DNA of 64,000 nucleotides from Bacteriovoracaceae bacterium (GTDB lineage Bacteria > Bdellovibrionota > Bacteriovoracia > Bacteriovoracales > Bacteriovoracaceae), in assembly GCA_048270185.1 (NCBI GenBank), contig JBLWTJ010000001.1, positions 960,001 through 1,024,000 of the forward strand. Direction: 5' to 3'. The position numbers and the translations under genes were made by a program. The notes below the pieces were generated by a model, which saw only the letters and a program-made list of their open reading frames with translations, had not been told where the DNA came from and searched no databases. Positions 1 to 10,431 of the stretch are shown piece by piece. Position 1 is the stretch's first letter. Every line of letters starts with the position of its first letter.

Positions 1-1089
1 TTCTGTTCCACGCTCTCCAAATCCACCAGGAACAAGTACACCTTGAATGTCTTTTAGAAGCTTTGCAGCCCCTTCTTTTTCAATCTCTTCAGAATCAACA
101 TAAACAGGAACAAGTTTTAGCTGGTGAGCTAAGGCCCCGTGTTTAAGTGCTTCATCAAGTGACTTATATGACTCAACTAGCTCAGTGTACTTTCCAACGA
201 TTCCGATTTTCACTTCTCTTAGAGGATGATCAAAGTTGTAGGCAACTTTTTCAAGATCATCAATCTTAGGAGATGAAGACCAGATCCCTAGAATCTTTGT
301 GATCTTCTCATCAAGTCCTTGGGCGTGGAAATTAAGAGGTACTTTATAAATTGAATCCAAATCAAGAGATTGGAAAACATTATCTTTTGGTACGTTACAA
401 AATAATGAAATCTTATCCATAATCGACTTATCAATTTCGCGGTCACTTCGACAGATAATAATATGTGGGAAGAGACCTTGTGAGCGTAGCTCTTTCACTG
501 AGTGCTGAGCAGGCTTTGACTTTAACTCTCCAGCCGCTGATAAGTATGGAATAAGAACTAAGTGAACAAAGAGAACATTCTCTTGTCCAACGTCATGTGC
601 AAATTGTCTGATTGATTCAACATATGGAAGAGATTCGATATCACCAATTGTTCCACCGATTTCACCAATTAATATATCTGCATCTTCTGCTGCAATATGA
701 ATTCGGCGTTTAATTTCATCAGTAATATGAGGAACAACTTGAACAGTCTTTCCAAGATACTTCCCTTCTCTTTCCTTCTCAATAACTTCAAGATAAACCT
801 GACCAGTTGTGAAGTTAGACTGCTTTGAAAGAGTTAAAGAAGTGAATCTCTCATAGTGACCAAGGTCTAGATCTGTCTCAGCTCCATCGTCTGTAACAAA
901 AACTTCACCGTGCTGAGTTGGGCTCATAGTTCCCGGGTCAACATTGATATATGGATCCATCTTCAGCATATTAATGCGAATCCCACGTCTTTCAAGTAAC
1001 GATGCAATTGATGCAGCGGCAAGTCCCTTTCCTAGAGAACTAGCAACACCACCAGTAATAAAAATATACTTTTTCTGGCTATTGGCCAT
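1..1089 (-). CDS. pyrG: CTP synthase (5' part; runs off window)
   Basis: Read manually: ATG at 1089, [22 protein letters not shown]...[40 protein letters not shown]; not in ORF track because it is truncated by the window edge. Confidence 0.97.
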   Translation of the reverse strand, partial: MANSQKKYIFITGGVASSLGKGLAAASIASLLERRGIRINMLKMDPYINVDPGTMSPTQHGEVFVTDDGAETDLDLGHYERFTSLTLSKQSNFTTGQVYLEVIEKEREGKYLGKTVQVVPHITDEIKRRIHIAAEDADILIGEIGGTIGDIESLPYVESIRQFAHDVGQENVLFVHLVLIPYLSAAGELKSKPAQHSVKELRSQGLFPHIIICRSDREIDKSIMDKISLFCNVPKDNVFQSLDLDSIYKVPLNFHAQGLDEKITKILGIWSSSPKIDDLEKVAYNFDHPLREVKIGIVGKYTELVESYKSLDEALKHGALAHQLKLVPVYVDSEEIEKEGAAKLLKDIQGVLVPGGFGERGTE

Positions 1090-1843
1090 TAATCACTCCC
1101 TCCACAAATGGAATATCTTCTGGAGTATCAACTCCACATAATGTCATATCAGTAATGGCCGCACCAATAGTGTAACCATTGTCGAGAAGTCTTAATTGCT
1201 CTAGGCATTCAATCTTCTCATTTGTCGACTCACCAAGTGAGCAGAAGTTTTTTAGAACTTCAGGTTTAAAAGAATAAATTCCAATATGGAGATACCAATT
1301 AAGCCCCGTCGTATTCTGTCGATTAAACGGATGAGGACTGCGAGTAAAATAATGGCAAATATTCTTCTCTTTTGAGAAGACGGCCTTTACCTTATTTGGA
1401 TTCTTATAATCTTCATTGTCATTATCGATGGACATCTCTTTAATAACAGTTGCCACATCAAAGCCATGTTTACTGTGAAGCTTAACAAGGTCACTTAGTA
1501 GTTCTGGTTTAATGAGTGGTTCATCCCCTTGAACATTGATGACAAAATCAAAATCCTCATCTTTGAAAAATCTCTCATAAGCAAGATAGATTCTTTCACT
1601 TCCAGAAGGAACATCATCATCAACGCGAACCACATTACGACCACTAGTTTTTAACATCTCCTCAATCTCGTTATTATCTGTGACGACACAAACTTTTGAT
1701 CCTGGAAAATTTTCGATAATCGGCGCACAACCATCGTAAACATGAGAGACCATGGCCTTACCATTTATTTGTGCAAGTGGTTTTCCGGGAAAGCGAGTAG
1801 AGGCGAATCTTGATGGTATTAATACCAAAGCTTTTAAGTTCAT
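1079..1843 (-). CDS. kdsB: 3-deoxy-manno-octulosonate cytidylyltransferase (CMP-KDO synthetase)
   Basis: [37 protein letters not shown] motifs; overlaps pyrG start. Confidence 0.95.
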   Translation of the reverse strand: MNLKALVLIPSRFASTRFPGKPLAQINGKAMVSHVYDGCAPIIENFPGSKVCVVTDNNEIEEMLKTSGRNVVRVDDDVPSGSERIYLAYERFFKDEDFDFVINVQGDEPLIKPELLSDLVKLHSKHGFDVATVIKEMSIDNDNEDYKNPNKVKAVFSKEKNICHYFTRSPHPFNRQNTTGLNWYLHIGIYSFKPEVLKNFCSLGESTNEKIECLEQLRLLDNGYTIGAAITDMTLCGVDTPEDIPFVEGVINGQ

Positions 1844-1897
1844 TATTTACCTTTTTGACAGTAAATAATAACAAATCCCTAGGCTCCTTGCAAAGTA

Positions 1898-1912
1898 TGA
1901 TATTATAAATCT
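1898..1912 (+). promoter_or_regulatory. extended -10 promoter (TGaTATTAT) 6 nt before ATG; leaderless-type
   Basis: tgatattataaatctATG; no Shine-Dalgarno. Confidence 0.55.
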
Positions 1913-2260
1913 ATGAAATGCTTCAGCTTGTTGCTTTGTGCAATAACCCTTGTGGGATCAACAAATATTGCAGCGCAAACACTATCGGATTCAATTATCA
2001 CGGACCCTTCGATTTCACGTCGTTGCGACGCACTAATTAAGCAACGCCAAGAAAAGATCGCGCACCGCCAAAGACTGCTCTTTCTACTTGAGAGAAACAA
2101 AAATCTATTGAGCACCACTCCAGAGCAGAAGAAGACTATTGCAAGCAAGCTTCGAGAGAATCAATATCGAGTCATTCAAGAATTAAAAATTACTAATCTC
2201 AAGGTTATTAAAACGGAAGAACAAATCGTGCGCCGTGGCTGTCCAGGCCTCACCCTTTAA
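1913..2260 (+). CDS. hypothetical secreted coiled-coil protein
   Basis: Signal-peptide-like N-terminus, helical, Cys near each end of the mature part. Confidence 0.7.
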   Translation: MKCFSLLLCAITLVGSTNIAAQTLSDSIITDPSISRRCDALIKQRQEKIAHRQRLLFLLERNKNLLSTTPEQKKTIASKLRENQYRVIQELKITNLKVIKTEEQIVRRGCPGLTL

Positions 2261-2345
2261 ACCTGTTTAACCATTGCCATCTTAAGTCTCACAAGACATA
2301 ATTTTACTACACACATGAATAGAATTTTTTAGAGGGACTTCAAAT

Positions 2346-3779
2346 ATGAAAATGGCACTAGGCTTTTTATTGGCCTATCTGACACTTGCGCCGTGGGCCT
2401 TCGCAGTTGACGGCACAACTCCACAATTATTTATCCAAGAAGCTGACGAAAAAACGATTCTAACAAGAACCTATAAGGCCTTAGATATCGGAACAGTTAT
2501 TGAGCAAGGGATGCGTAGTTATCAAGAAAATATCATCCGTCGCAAAAATATCGAAATTCTAAAAAATGAACTTCAAGATAAGAAAGAATCTTTTTGGACA
2601 CCAAACCCACGAATTACTCTGCAACTTAATCCTCAACGAATTGGAACAATTAAAAGTGGTGGTAGTGATGCCACAAGAATTTCAAAAGACCCAACAGGTG
2701 CAGCAGGACTTGAGCTTGGTGAGTACACACTCTTTAATTGGGGAAAGGATTATCTTCAATATAAGAATGATAAAGAAGACCTAGAAAGGCAGATTGAGCG
2801 AGATAAGGAAGGGCTTCGTGATTTTAAACAAAATCTTGTAAAGCAATTTGTAAATCTCATTCACGCCAAAGATATTAAGATTATCTCACGCCAATACCTA
2901 CAAAGTGCCACCCTCGCCTATCGTATAAATCGTGAAAAAGTATTACAAAAGAAAGTAACAAAGCATGAGTATTATCAATCTCGCTCGGAGTATTTAAGAG
3001 CGCAGGAAAATTTCACAAATGCCACTTTATTTGAAGAGACGGCCAATGAAGTTATGGCCAAGATGCTCAATGATCCTCCGGGAACTCTTTATACAATTAA
3101 CCAAGACTATCAATATGAGGAATCAACTTATAGCCGTGAAAATGCTATTGCCACAGCAAGAAAGGTTTCACCATTTATTCTCGATCAAAAAGTTGAAACA
3201 AGTATTAGAACTCGCGAATATGAAATTGCTTTAAGAGATAATCTACCACTACCTAAGATCTCAGTTAACTTTGGGACATATTCTAAGGCCTTTAATAACG
3301 GAACTATTACTAACGACTACTACACTTCTTCACCTGGGGACTCAAATATCGATTTGGTTGCAAGTCTTAATGCTAGTTGGACTCTCTTTGGAGACGGCGG
3401 ACTCTTTAATCGCAGAAAGCTTGCCAATGCTCGCCTTGAAAAAGAGAAGGCCATACATCGTTTAAGTCTAACAAGACGTCGTGTGGAGGAGGCCATTGTA
3501 AATATCTTCAATTACCTTAGTGCTAACGTAAAACAATTAAAAATTATTGCTAGTCGCAACGACTCACTAAAGAAGAGAATGGATACAGCACTTAATCAAT
3601 ACACGCAGAGAAAGACACGCTTTCTTGAATATCAAATGGCCATGCAAGATTACTATGATTCACTAAAGAAAGAATCGACCCTTAAGTATCAGTACCTCGT
3701 AAAAAGGGTTGAACTTGCACAAATTATCGGTGTTGAAAACCTTCCAGATTCTCCATTTGATAAAGCGGTTATTAAATAA
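2346..3779 (+). CDS. TolC-family outer membrane efflux protein
   Basis: Signal peptide, two OEP-like halves (YTLFNWGK; LPKISVN...WTLFGDGG), ELAQIIG near C-terminus. Confidence 0.8.
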   Translation: MKMALGFLLAYLTLAPWAFAVDGTTPQLFIQEADEKTILTRTYKALDIGTVIEQGMRSYQENIIRRKNIEILKNELQDKKESFWTPNPRITLQLNPQRIGTIKSGGSDATRISKDPTGAAGLELGEYTLFNWGKDYLQYKNDKEDLERQIERDKEGLRDFKQNLVKQFVNLIHAKDIKIISRQYLQSATLAYRINREKVLQKKVTKHEYYQSRSEYLRAQENFTNATLFEETANEVMAKMLNDPPGTLYTINQDYQYEESTYSRENAIATARKVSPFILDQKVETSIRTREYEIALRDNLPLPKISVNFGTYSKAFNNGTITNDYYTSSPGDSNIDLVASLNASWTLFGDGGLFNRRKLANARLEKEKAIHRLSLTRRRVEEAIVNIFNYLSANVKQLKIIASRNDSLKKRMDTALNQYTQRKTRFLEYQMAMQDYYDSLKKESTLKYQYLVKRVELAQIIGVENLPDSPFDKAVIK

Positions 3780-3790
3780 GGATAGATGAT

Positions 3791-4429
3791 ATGAAAAAAT
3801 TAATACTCTTAGTCGCTCTTATTTATCTTTCATCATATACTTTGGCCCAAGGGCTTATGGATTTTTCTGAAATCGAAATTCAAGATGAAAAGTATGGCCT
3901 GCAAGTCGATAGTTATAATGCCAAAGATGACGATTTCTCACTTGAGTTTAATTTTGGTGCCATTACAAATTTTAGTGAATTTAGTGAAACCAATACCATG
4001 AGTGGAGTCATCACTTTCTATCGTGACACTTTCTCATACACTCTCTATGGCGCAATCAATAGCCTCAATGTCGCTGCCACAACAAATTTCACAACCAATG
4101 AAGAAACACTTAGTGTCTATACAGTTGGAGCAGGATTTAGTCGTCGATCAATTCTTATCAACGACTTCATAAATATTAAGTCAATCTATGATGAAATTCA
4201 GACTAATATAACGTATAACCTAGGTGACGCCGAAGCTTTAGGAGTAGACGTTGCGGGTCTTGGTTTTAACGCAAGTTACGGACTCATTTACCGTGCAGCA
4301 AGTGGTATGCACTTAAGTGCTCGTATGGTTTATAATTTTATGGCCCTTGAAGGTGATGATGACATCACAAAGATTAAGGCCACAGCAAGCTGGGTTAGTG
4401 CTCAAGCAGGACTAGCATTTATTTTTTAG
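3791..4429 (+). CDS. putative outer membrane beta-barrel protein
   Basis: Signal peptide, amphipathic strands, C-terminal aromatic motif AGLAFIF. Confidence 0.65.
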   Translation: MKKLILLVALIYLSSYTLAQGLMDFSEIEIQDEKYGLQVDSYNAKDDDFSLEFNFGAITNFSEFSETNTMSGVITFYRDTFSYTLYGAINSLNVAATTNFTTNEETLSVYTVGAGFSRRSILINDFINIKSIYDEIQTNITYNLGDAEALGVDVAGLGFNASYGLIYRAASGMHLSARMVYNFMALEGDDDITKIKATASWVSAQAGLAFIF

Positions 4430-4432
4430 GGA

Positions 4433-5725
4433 ATGACCATGATTGAGAGATACGAAAAGAAAGAAATTAGTGAAATTTGGACAGATCAATTTAAGTTTGA
4501 AAAATTCTTAGAAGTTGAAAAGGCCTTAGTTGAAGTCTTAGAAGATAAGGGCATGATTAAGAAACCTTTTTCAAATAAGCTAAATACTGTTTCAGTTAAC
4601 CCTGAACGTATCAAAGTCATTGAACAAGAAACGCGTCACGATGTGATTGCTTTTTGTACATCAATCACAGAACAACTTGAAGTCAACGAAGGAAAGTATT
4701 TTCACTTCGGTGTGACGTCTTCAGACATTATTGATACGGCACTAACTCTTCAAATTAAAGAATCACTAAAAAGAATTCGTCCAAGTTTTTGCAAACTACT
4801 TGATGTCTTAGACCGAAAAGCAAAGGAGCATGCAGGAACAATTTGTATTGGCCGCTCTCATGGAATTTTTGCAGAGCCAATGAGCTTTGGACAAAAGCTC
4901 TATGGACACTTCTGTGAATTTAATCGCAGATTTAATGATCTTGAAGATTACACGGAAAAAGAGCTAACAGGTCAAATTTCAGGAGCTGTTGGAAATTACA
5001 CAATCCTAACGCCAGAGATTGAAGAGGCCGTTTTAAGAAAGATCGACCTAAAACCGGAAACAGTTTCAACCCAAGTAATTCCACGTGATCGCATTGCAAA
5101 GCTTACAGGTATCATTGCCCTCTTTGGTTGCGCTTTAGAGAGACTCTGTGTTGAAATCAGACACCTACAACACTCTGATGTTGCCGAAGCTTTTGAAGGT
5201 TTTAAGAAAGGTCAAAAAGGTTCTTCGACTATGCCTCATAAGAAGAATCCAATCTCAAGTGAGAACCTAACGGGAATGGCGCGCATGCTTCGTTCATACT
5301 CACAAATTGCGCAAGATAATTGTCTGCTATGGCATGAAAGAGATATTAGCCACTCAAGTGCTGAGAGATTCTTCCTACCAGATATGTTTGGAATCCTTCT
5401 CTACTCGATTGAGAGAATGACAAGTACAGTTGATGATCTTGTCATTAACGAAGAGGCCATGAAAGCAAAAGTCACAGGAAATTTTAAACACCTTAGTAGT
5501 TTTGTACTCCACCGCCTAATTGAAGTTTCAAACACGACTCGTGAAGATCTCTACAAAGTTGTACAGGCCGCTTCTTTTGAGGCCCAAGACCGCGAAGGAT
5601 TCTTTGATCATCTTGCAAATTCTTTAAAAGAAGAAGTTGAGACAAATCTCATTAAAGAGCTGCGTTCTCTAAATGATTTAGAAATCTTTAGTGCACACAC
5701 TGGTGCTATCTTTGCGAGGAGCTAG
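4433..5725 (+). CDS. purB: adenylosuccinate lyase
   Basis: HDVIAF, HFGVTSSDI, GSSTMPHKKNPI, HERDISHS. Confidence 0.97.
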   Translation: MTMIERYEKKEISEIWTDQFKFEKFLEVEKALVEVLEDKGMIKKPFSNKLNTVSVNPERIKVIEQETRHDVIAFCTSITEQLEVNEGKYFHFGVTSSDIIDTALTLQIKESLKRIRPSFCKLLDVLDRKAKEHAGTICIGRSHGIFAEPMSFGQKLYGHFCEFNRRFNDLEDYTEKELTGQISGAVGNYTILTPEIEEAVLRKIDLKPETVSTQVIPRDRIAKLTGIIALFGCALERLCVEIRHLQHSDVAEAFEGFKKGQKGSSTMPHKKNPISSENLTGMARMLRSYSQIAQDNCLLWHERDISHSSAERFFLPDMFGILLYSIERMTSTVDDLVINEEAMKAKVTGNFKHLSSFVLHRLIEVSNTTREDLYKVVQAASFEAQDREGFFDHLANSLKEEVETNLIKELRSLNDLEIFSAHTGAIFARS

Positions 5726-5733
5726 GCCAGTCG

Positions 5734-6156
5734 CTAAACTGTAAACTCAGTAAAGGGATGAGGAAGTAATTCTTTAAAGAGAATTTTCTTCGTTAGTCCC
5801 TTAAGATTTCCAAGATAGATTGGAAAGTCTGGTTTTACAAATTCAGATAAGACCTGAAGGCAGAAGGCACATGGTACGGCCGGATCTTCTTGATCTGTGA
5901 CAACCACAATATACTCAAATCCACGTTTCCCATGCTTAGCAACTGAAGAAAGTACACTTCCTCTTTCAGCACAGATTGTTCCACCGTAGCTTGCGTTCTC
6001 CACATTACATCCAGGGATTAGTTCTTCCACACCTTCAATTTTTAAGGCACTTCCAACTAAGAACTTTGAATATGGGGCGTGAGCATTTACGCGAGCAGCG
6101 AGGGCCACTTTATACGCTTCTTGTATATTTGAATCGACTGTAATTTTATTTTCCAT
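5734..6156 (-). CDS. cdd: cytidine deaminase (homotetrameric type)
   Basis: APYSKFLVG, NVENASYG, CAER, PCAFC; start reassigned to ATG 6156 (TATAAT 6 nt upstream). Confidence 0.93.
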   Translation of the reverse strand: MENKITVDSNIQEAYKVALAARVNAHAPYSKFLVGSALKIEGVEELIPGCNVENASYGGTICAERGSVLSSVAKHGKRGFEYIVVVTDQEDPAVPCAFCLQVLSEFVKPDFPIYLGNLKGLTKKILFKELLPHPFTEFTV

Positions 6157-6171
6157 AGAGCTATTATAGTC

Positions 6172-6202
6172 AAAAAGGACGTGAAGAGCTAGCTTCACGT
6201 CC
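6172..6202 (-). terminator. intrinsic terminator
   Basis: GGACGTGAAG/CTTCACGTCC stem followed by a T-run on the minus strand. Confidence 0.75.
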
Positions 6203-6214
6203 ACATTTTCCTAC

Positions 6215-7198
6215 TTAATGGAAACTTAGGGCAATTTTACCCATGATCTTACCTTCCTCAAGGAGACGATGTCCTTCGTTTAGACTCTGCGGTGTGATCG
6301 CACCGAGGTCATTTGTAAGGGGCGACTTCAATGCCCCGGCCTCGATGAGGTCGGTAATCTCACGCAAGATTTCTCCTTGGCTTTCTTTGTCGATATTTTC
6401 CATCGGCCCAAGAAAAATGAACTCTTGCTCAACATCAGGAATGGCCTCGACGAGATCTTCTGCAACGAAATCATCATTGACCATAATTAAAGAAGTCATG
6501 CGACTCTTTTCATTTAATATATCGCGAAGTCCTGCAATATAGCGACTTGGAGAATGAGTACATAGAACATAGTCGATTTGCTCGATATCAAGACTTTGCA
6601 ATTGCATCTCAAGAGGCAGCACTTCATTTAAAACATGGTGGGCCCCCATCCCTACACTATAATGTAGAACGCGGTTATTTGTAGCTGTAGTTAAAACTTT
6701 TAAATTTGTAATCTGCTTGGCAAGTTGCGTGGCCATCACCCCAATGCAGCTTCCTCCATCTGTTATTAAGATGGTCTTACCGCGACTGGTTTCGGGGTCA
6801 ACCTCAAGCTTGTCGAATAAGGCATCGAAGGCCGTCACTGAAGCATAGGGAAAAGTCGCCGCATTTAAGAAGTCCATATTGTAAGGACGACGTGAAACCA
6901 CGCGCTCATCAACTAAGTGGTACTCTGAATTAGATCCACTGCGATCAATTTCCCCACAGTAGATGACTTCATCCCCGACCTTAAAATCTCGAACATTCTC
7001 ACCGACTTCTCGTACAATCCCTGAAGCATCATAGCCTAAGGTCTTTCCTAAACTAATTCTCTTCATGATGGCGTCATTTGGATTGAGTGAGACGGCCTTA
7101 ACTTCTACCAGTAGGTCACGGCCGATGGCCTGTGGCCTTTCGGCATCAATATGAGAGAAGACTTCTGGACTCGTTTCACTGACAATAAATGTTCTCAT
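6215..7198 (-). CDS. MDR-superfamily (zinc-binding ADH-like / quinone oxidoreductase) protein
   Basis: DLLVEVKAVSLNP.D, GYDASG.V..VG..V..FKVGDEV, GSNSEYHLVDER; start 7198 chosen from GGAG spacing. Confidence 0.85.
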   Translation of the reverse strand: MRTFIVSETSPEVFSHIDAERPQAIGRDLLVEVKAVSLNPNDAIMKRISLGKTLGYDASGIVREVGENVRDFKVGDEVIYCGEIDRSGSNSEYHLVDERVVSRRPYNMDFLNAATFPYASVTAFDALFDKLEVDPETSRGKTILITDGGSCIGVMATQLAKQITNLKVLTTATNNRVLHYSVGMGAHHVLNEVLPLEMQLQSLDIEQIDYVLCTHSPSRYIAGLRDILNEKSRMTSLIMVNDDFVAEDLVEAIPDVEQEFIFLGPMENIDKESQGEILREITDLIEAGALKSPLTNDLGAITPQSLNEGHRLLEEGKIMGKIALSFH

Positions 7199-7376
7199 GC
7201 TCATTCTCCATGTATGAGGTTGCACTTGTTAGCTTCATTATGCGCTCCACCTCCATGACATTTGTTTTGCTTAGGTCAAATAAGCGTTAATTTACGCCAT
7301 AAGTACTGTTCATAAAATGACAAAGGTCGCTTAGTGCTATAAAATCCCTCTATAAACAAATAGAGAGAGGAAGCCA

Positions 7377-9035
7377 ATGACACCTAATAAGGTCAAGCAT
7401 AGTGAAGACGTCAGTTCTACACTCAAGAATAAATTTATCCAACTTACAATAAAGAAACCCGAAAATATCAAAAACGATATTCTTTCAGGTCTTACTGTTG
7501 CACTAGCACTCGTTCCAGAGGCCATTGCCTTCGCCTTTGTGGCAGGAGTTCACCCAAAAGTCGGTCTCTATGCTGCTTTCATGATGGGACTAATTGCTTC
7601 AATCTTTGGAGGACGTCCAGGGATGATTACAGGAGCAACTGGAGCAGTTGCCGTCATCTTCGCACCACTTGTTTATAAGATGATGGAGATGAGTAAGGCC
7701 CAAGGAATGAGTTTTGAAGCGGCCATGGAAGTTTCACTTTCTTACCTCTTTGCCGCTGTTATTTTAATGGGAGTTATTCAAATTCTCTTTGGTGTACTTA
7801 AACTTGGTAAATTTATTCGCCTCGTTCCACATCCAGTTATGCTTGGATTTGTTAATGGTCTTGCCATCATTATCTTCCGCGCACAATTTAGCCAATTCAC
7901 TGTTGGAGGAGAACTTCTTCCAAGTCCACAATTGATGGTGATGTGTGGTCTTATTGCTCTGACAATGGGAATAAGTATTTTTCTTCCAAAGCTTACAAAA
8001 GCGGTTCCAGCAACACTTGTTGGTATTCTTGTTTCAACGGCAATTGGATTCTTCGTTAATCAATCGAATCCTGGACTTGTTAGAACAGTACTTGATTTCG
8101 TTCAAGACCAAGATAAAACAATTACAACAATTGCAGCGGGACTTCCATCATTTGCCATTCCTCAGATTCCAGCAACAATGGATGCCTTTATGTTCATCCT
8201 GCCATTCGCTCTACTTGCAGCGGCCGTAGGACTTATCGAATCTCTTATGACACTTCAACTTGTTGATGAGTTAACAGATACTCGTGGACAAGGAAATCGT
8301 GAGTGTGTTGGGCAAGGCCTTGGAAACGTTGTTAATGGTTTCTTTGGTGGTATGGGTGGTTGTGCCATGATTGGACAATCAATGATTAATATTCGCGGTG
8401 GTGGACGAGGACGTCTATCAGGAATTACTGCAGCTGTTCTTCTTCTATTCTTCGTTCTCTTTGGTGCCCCTCTTATTGAGATGATTCCACTTGGAGCACT
8501 TGTTGGTGTTATGTTCATGGTTGTTATCGGAACATTTGAGTGGTCAAGCTTAAGACTATTTAAAAAGATTCCAATGTCTGACCTTCTTGTAATCATCCTA
8601 GTTTCTGTTGTGACGATTCTAGCTGACCTTGCCATTGCGGTTCTTGTTGGTATCGTTGTTTCGGCCCTGGTTTTTGCATGGGAGCACGGAAAGGTTATGC
8701 ACGCTAAGAAGCGTGAAGAAAATGATAAGACGATTTATGAACTTGAAGGTCCACTCTTCTTTGGTTCGGTGACTTCATTTAAAGATCTTTTTGATTTTAA
8801 AGAAGACAAAGAACACGTTGTGATTGATTTTGATAACTCACGTGTTTGGGACCACTCAGGAATTGAGGCCCTACAAAATATCACAGAACGCTACGCACAA
8901 GTTGGCAAGAAATTGCACCTTCTTAATCTAAGTAAAGATTGTGAGCTTTTATTAGATCGCGCAGCTAATATTGTGGAACTATCTGTAATTGCGGAGCTTG
9001 AGGGCCATATTGCAGACGATCGACTCGATGGGTAA
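7377..9035 (+). CDS. SulP-family anion transporter with STAS domain
   Basis: LALVPEAIAF, GRPGMITGATGA, GGMGGCAMIGQS, GPLFFGS. Confidence 0.93.
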   Translation: MTPNKVKHSEDVSSTLKNKFIQLTIKKPENIKNDILSGLTVALALVPEAIAFAFVAGVHPKVGLYAAFMMGLIASIFGGRPGMITGATGAVAVIFAPLVYKMMEMSKAQGMSFEAAMEVSLSYLFAAVILMGVIQILFGVLKLGKFIRLVPHPVMLGFVNGLAIIIFRAQFSQFTVGGELLPSPQLMVMCGLIALTMGISIFLPKLTKAVPATLVGILVSTAIGFFVNQSNPGLVRTVLDFVQDQDKTITTIAAGLPSFAIPQIPATMDAFMFILPFALLAAAVGLIESLMTLQLVDELTDTRGQGNRECVGQGLGNVVNGFFGGMGGCAMIGQSMINIRGGGRGRLSGITAAVLLLFFVLFGAPLIEMIPLGALVGVMFMVVIGTFEWSSLRLFKKIPMSDLLVIILVSVVTILADLAIAVLVGIVVSALVFAWEHGKVMHAKKREENDKTIYELEGPLFFGSVTSFKDLFDFKEDKEHVVIDFDNSRVWDHSGIEALQNITERYAQVGKKLHLLNLSKDCELLLDRAANIVELSVIAELEGHIADDRLDG

Positions 9036-9127
9036 TAAATTTTTTAGCTAAACGCCTCGACAAAGAGGCCGTTTTCCTAAACAATTATTGAATACATAAA
9101 ATTAAAAGATTTCAAAAGGATTGAATC

Positions 9128-9457
9128 ATGACTGAAGCAAAAGGACTTAAGAAGCCAGTTAAACTAAAAGCAGACCTAGCAGCAATGCTAAATGAAACTG
9201 AACTTCCAAGAACTGAAATTACAAAGAAACTATGGGATTATATCAAAGGTAAAGGCCTTCAAACTAAGACTGAAGGTGGAAAGCCAGAAAATGCAGGAAA
9301 GTTCATCGTTGCTGATGCGACTCTTCTTCCAATTTTCAAGAACACTTTCTCAACTTCTAAGTCAGGAAAAGTAACTGACCTAAGAAATATGAAAGAAGGT
9401 GAAACAATTGATATGATGCAAATGGCGGCCGTTGTTGGTGCTAACATCGAAAAATAA
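9128..9457 (+). CDS. SWIB/MDM2 domain protein
   Basis: L..ML...ELPRTEITKKLWDYIK..GLQ motif. Confidence 0.85.
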   Translation: MTEAKGLKKPVKLKADLAAMLNETELPRTEITKKLWDYIKGKGLQTKTEGGKPENAGKFIVADATLLPIFKNTFSTSKSGKVTDLRNMKEGETIDMMQMAAVVGANIEK

Positions 9458-9483
9458 TCACTGATTACATTTTCAAATAAAGA

Positions 9484-9509
9484 AGGGACCTCATGTGGGT
9501 CCCTTTTTT
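9484..9509 (+). terminator. intrinsic terminator
   Basis: AGGGACC/GGTCCCT stem plus T-run. Confidence 0.8.
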
Positions 9510-9558
9510 AATAATAAATTTCAACTTCACCTTTTTCTGGCTTAAGGAGCTTTTAACT

Positions 9559-10377
9559 TTAGTGAGTAACTGGGCCACCGGAAACCTCTGTAATTAGCCA
9601 GCGTTTTTCACCTATTTCTTTTATAAATTGATAAGTAACAATAACCCAATACTCTACGTTTCCTATTTCAAGCATAACAGGAAAGCCTTCTTTTACTTTA
9701 TATTTTTTGCTATCGTACAATTCTTTCTTTTTAATCGAAGCCTTTAAGTAATTTTCAACAAATTTTTTCTTTAATAAGAAAGATTCATTAGCAAATTGTC
9801 GTTTAATAATAGGAGGATAAAAAGATGGATCTGTCGTTGGTACTTCTATATCAATATAAACCATTTCATTTAAGCAAGTCTCATCAAAACGTTTCAAACA
9901 TTTTTTTAGAGCAGTATTAAATTCTTCAAATGTTTTATAATTATTATATTTTTCACTTACCTTCAAGGCTACGTATTCCGGGCATTCAACGACTTCAACA
10001 CGATCAAAGACTTGATGTCGATCTGTTTTATCATACGAAACTTTAATGCATTTTTTCACAAAGCGATGATAGAAAACACCATCATTGACATCTTCATCTA
10101 TCCCCAAAGAGCCGTTATTTAACATTTTAATTTTCGCAGGAATAAATCGATAAGTTTTATTCTTGTCACAAGTAACATCACGTAAAAACTTCCCATAAAA
10201 CTGAATCTCTTCTAGTTTCAATTTTTCCTTAGTAAAGCGACAAGTAGGACTCTGATACAAAAGTGATTCGAATGATACTCCCGCCTTAGACAAATCTTCG
10301 ACAGGCTTGTACACGGTATCTTCAGCTTGTATATGCAAGCAAAAACTGAGAATAAAGAAGATAAAGATTTTTTTCAT
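9559..10377 (-). CDS. hypothetical secreted protein
   Basis: 272-aa ORF, signal peptide, AAGGA RBS, AT-rich. Confidence 0.7.
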   Translation of the reverse strand: MKKIFIFFILSFCLHIQAEDTVYKPVEDLSKAGVSFESLLYQSPTCRFTKEKLKLEEIQFYGKFLRDVTCDKNKTYRFIPAKIKMLNNGSLGIDEDVNDGVFYHRFVKKCIKVSYDKTDRHQVFDRVEVVECPEYVALKVSEKYNNYKTFEEFNTALKKCLKRFDETCLNEMVYIDIEVPTTDPSFYPPIIKRQFANESFLLKKKFVENYLKASIKKKELYDSKKYKVKEGFPVMLEIGNVEYWVIVTYQFIKEIGEKRWLITEVSGGPVTH

Positions 10378-10431
10378 ATTATTTCCTTATAGACGAGGAA
10401 TTAAGTACTAGGAAGAGTTTTAGCAAACGTA

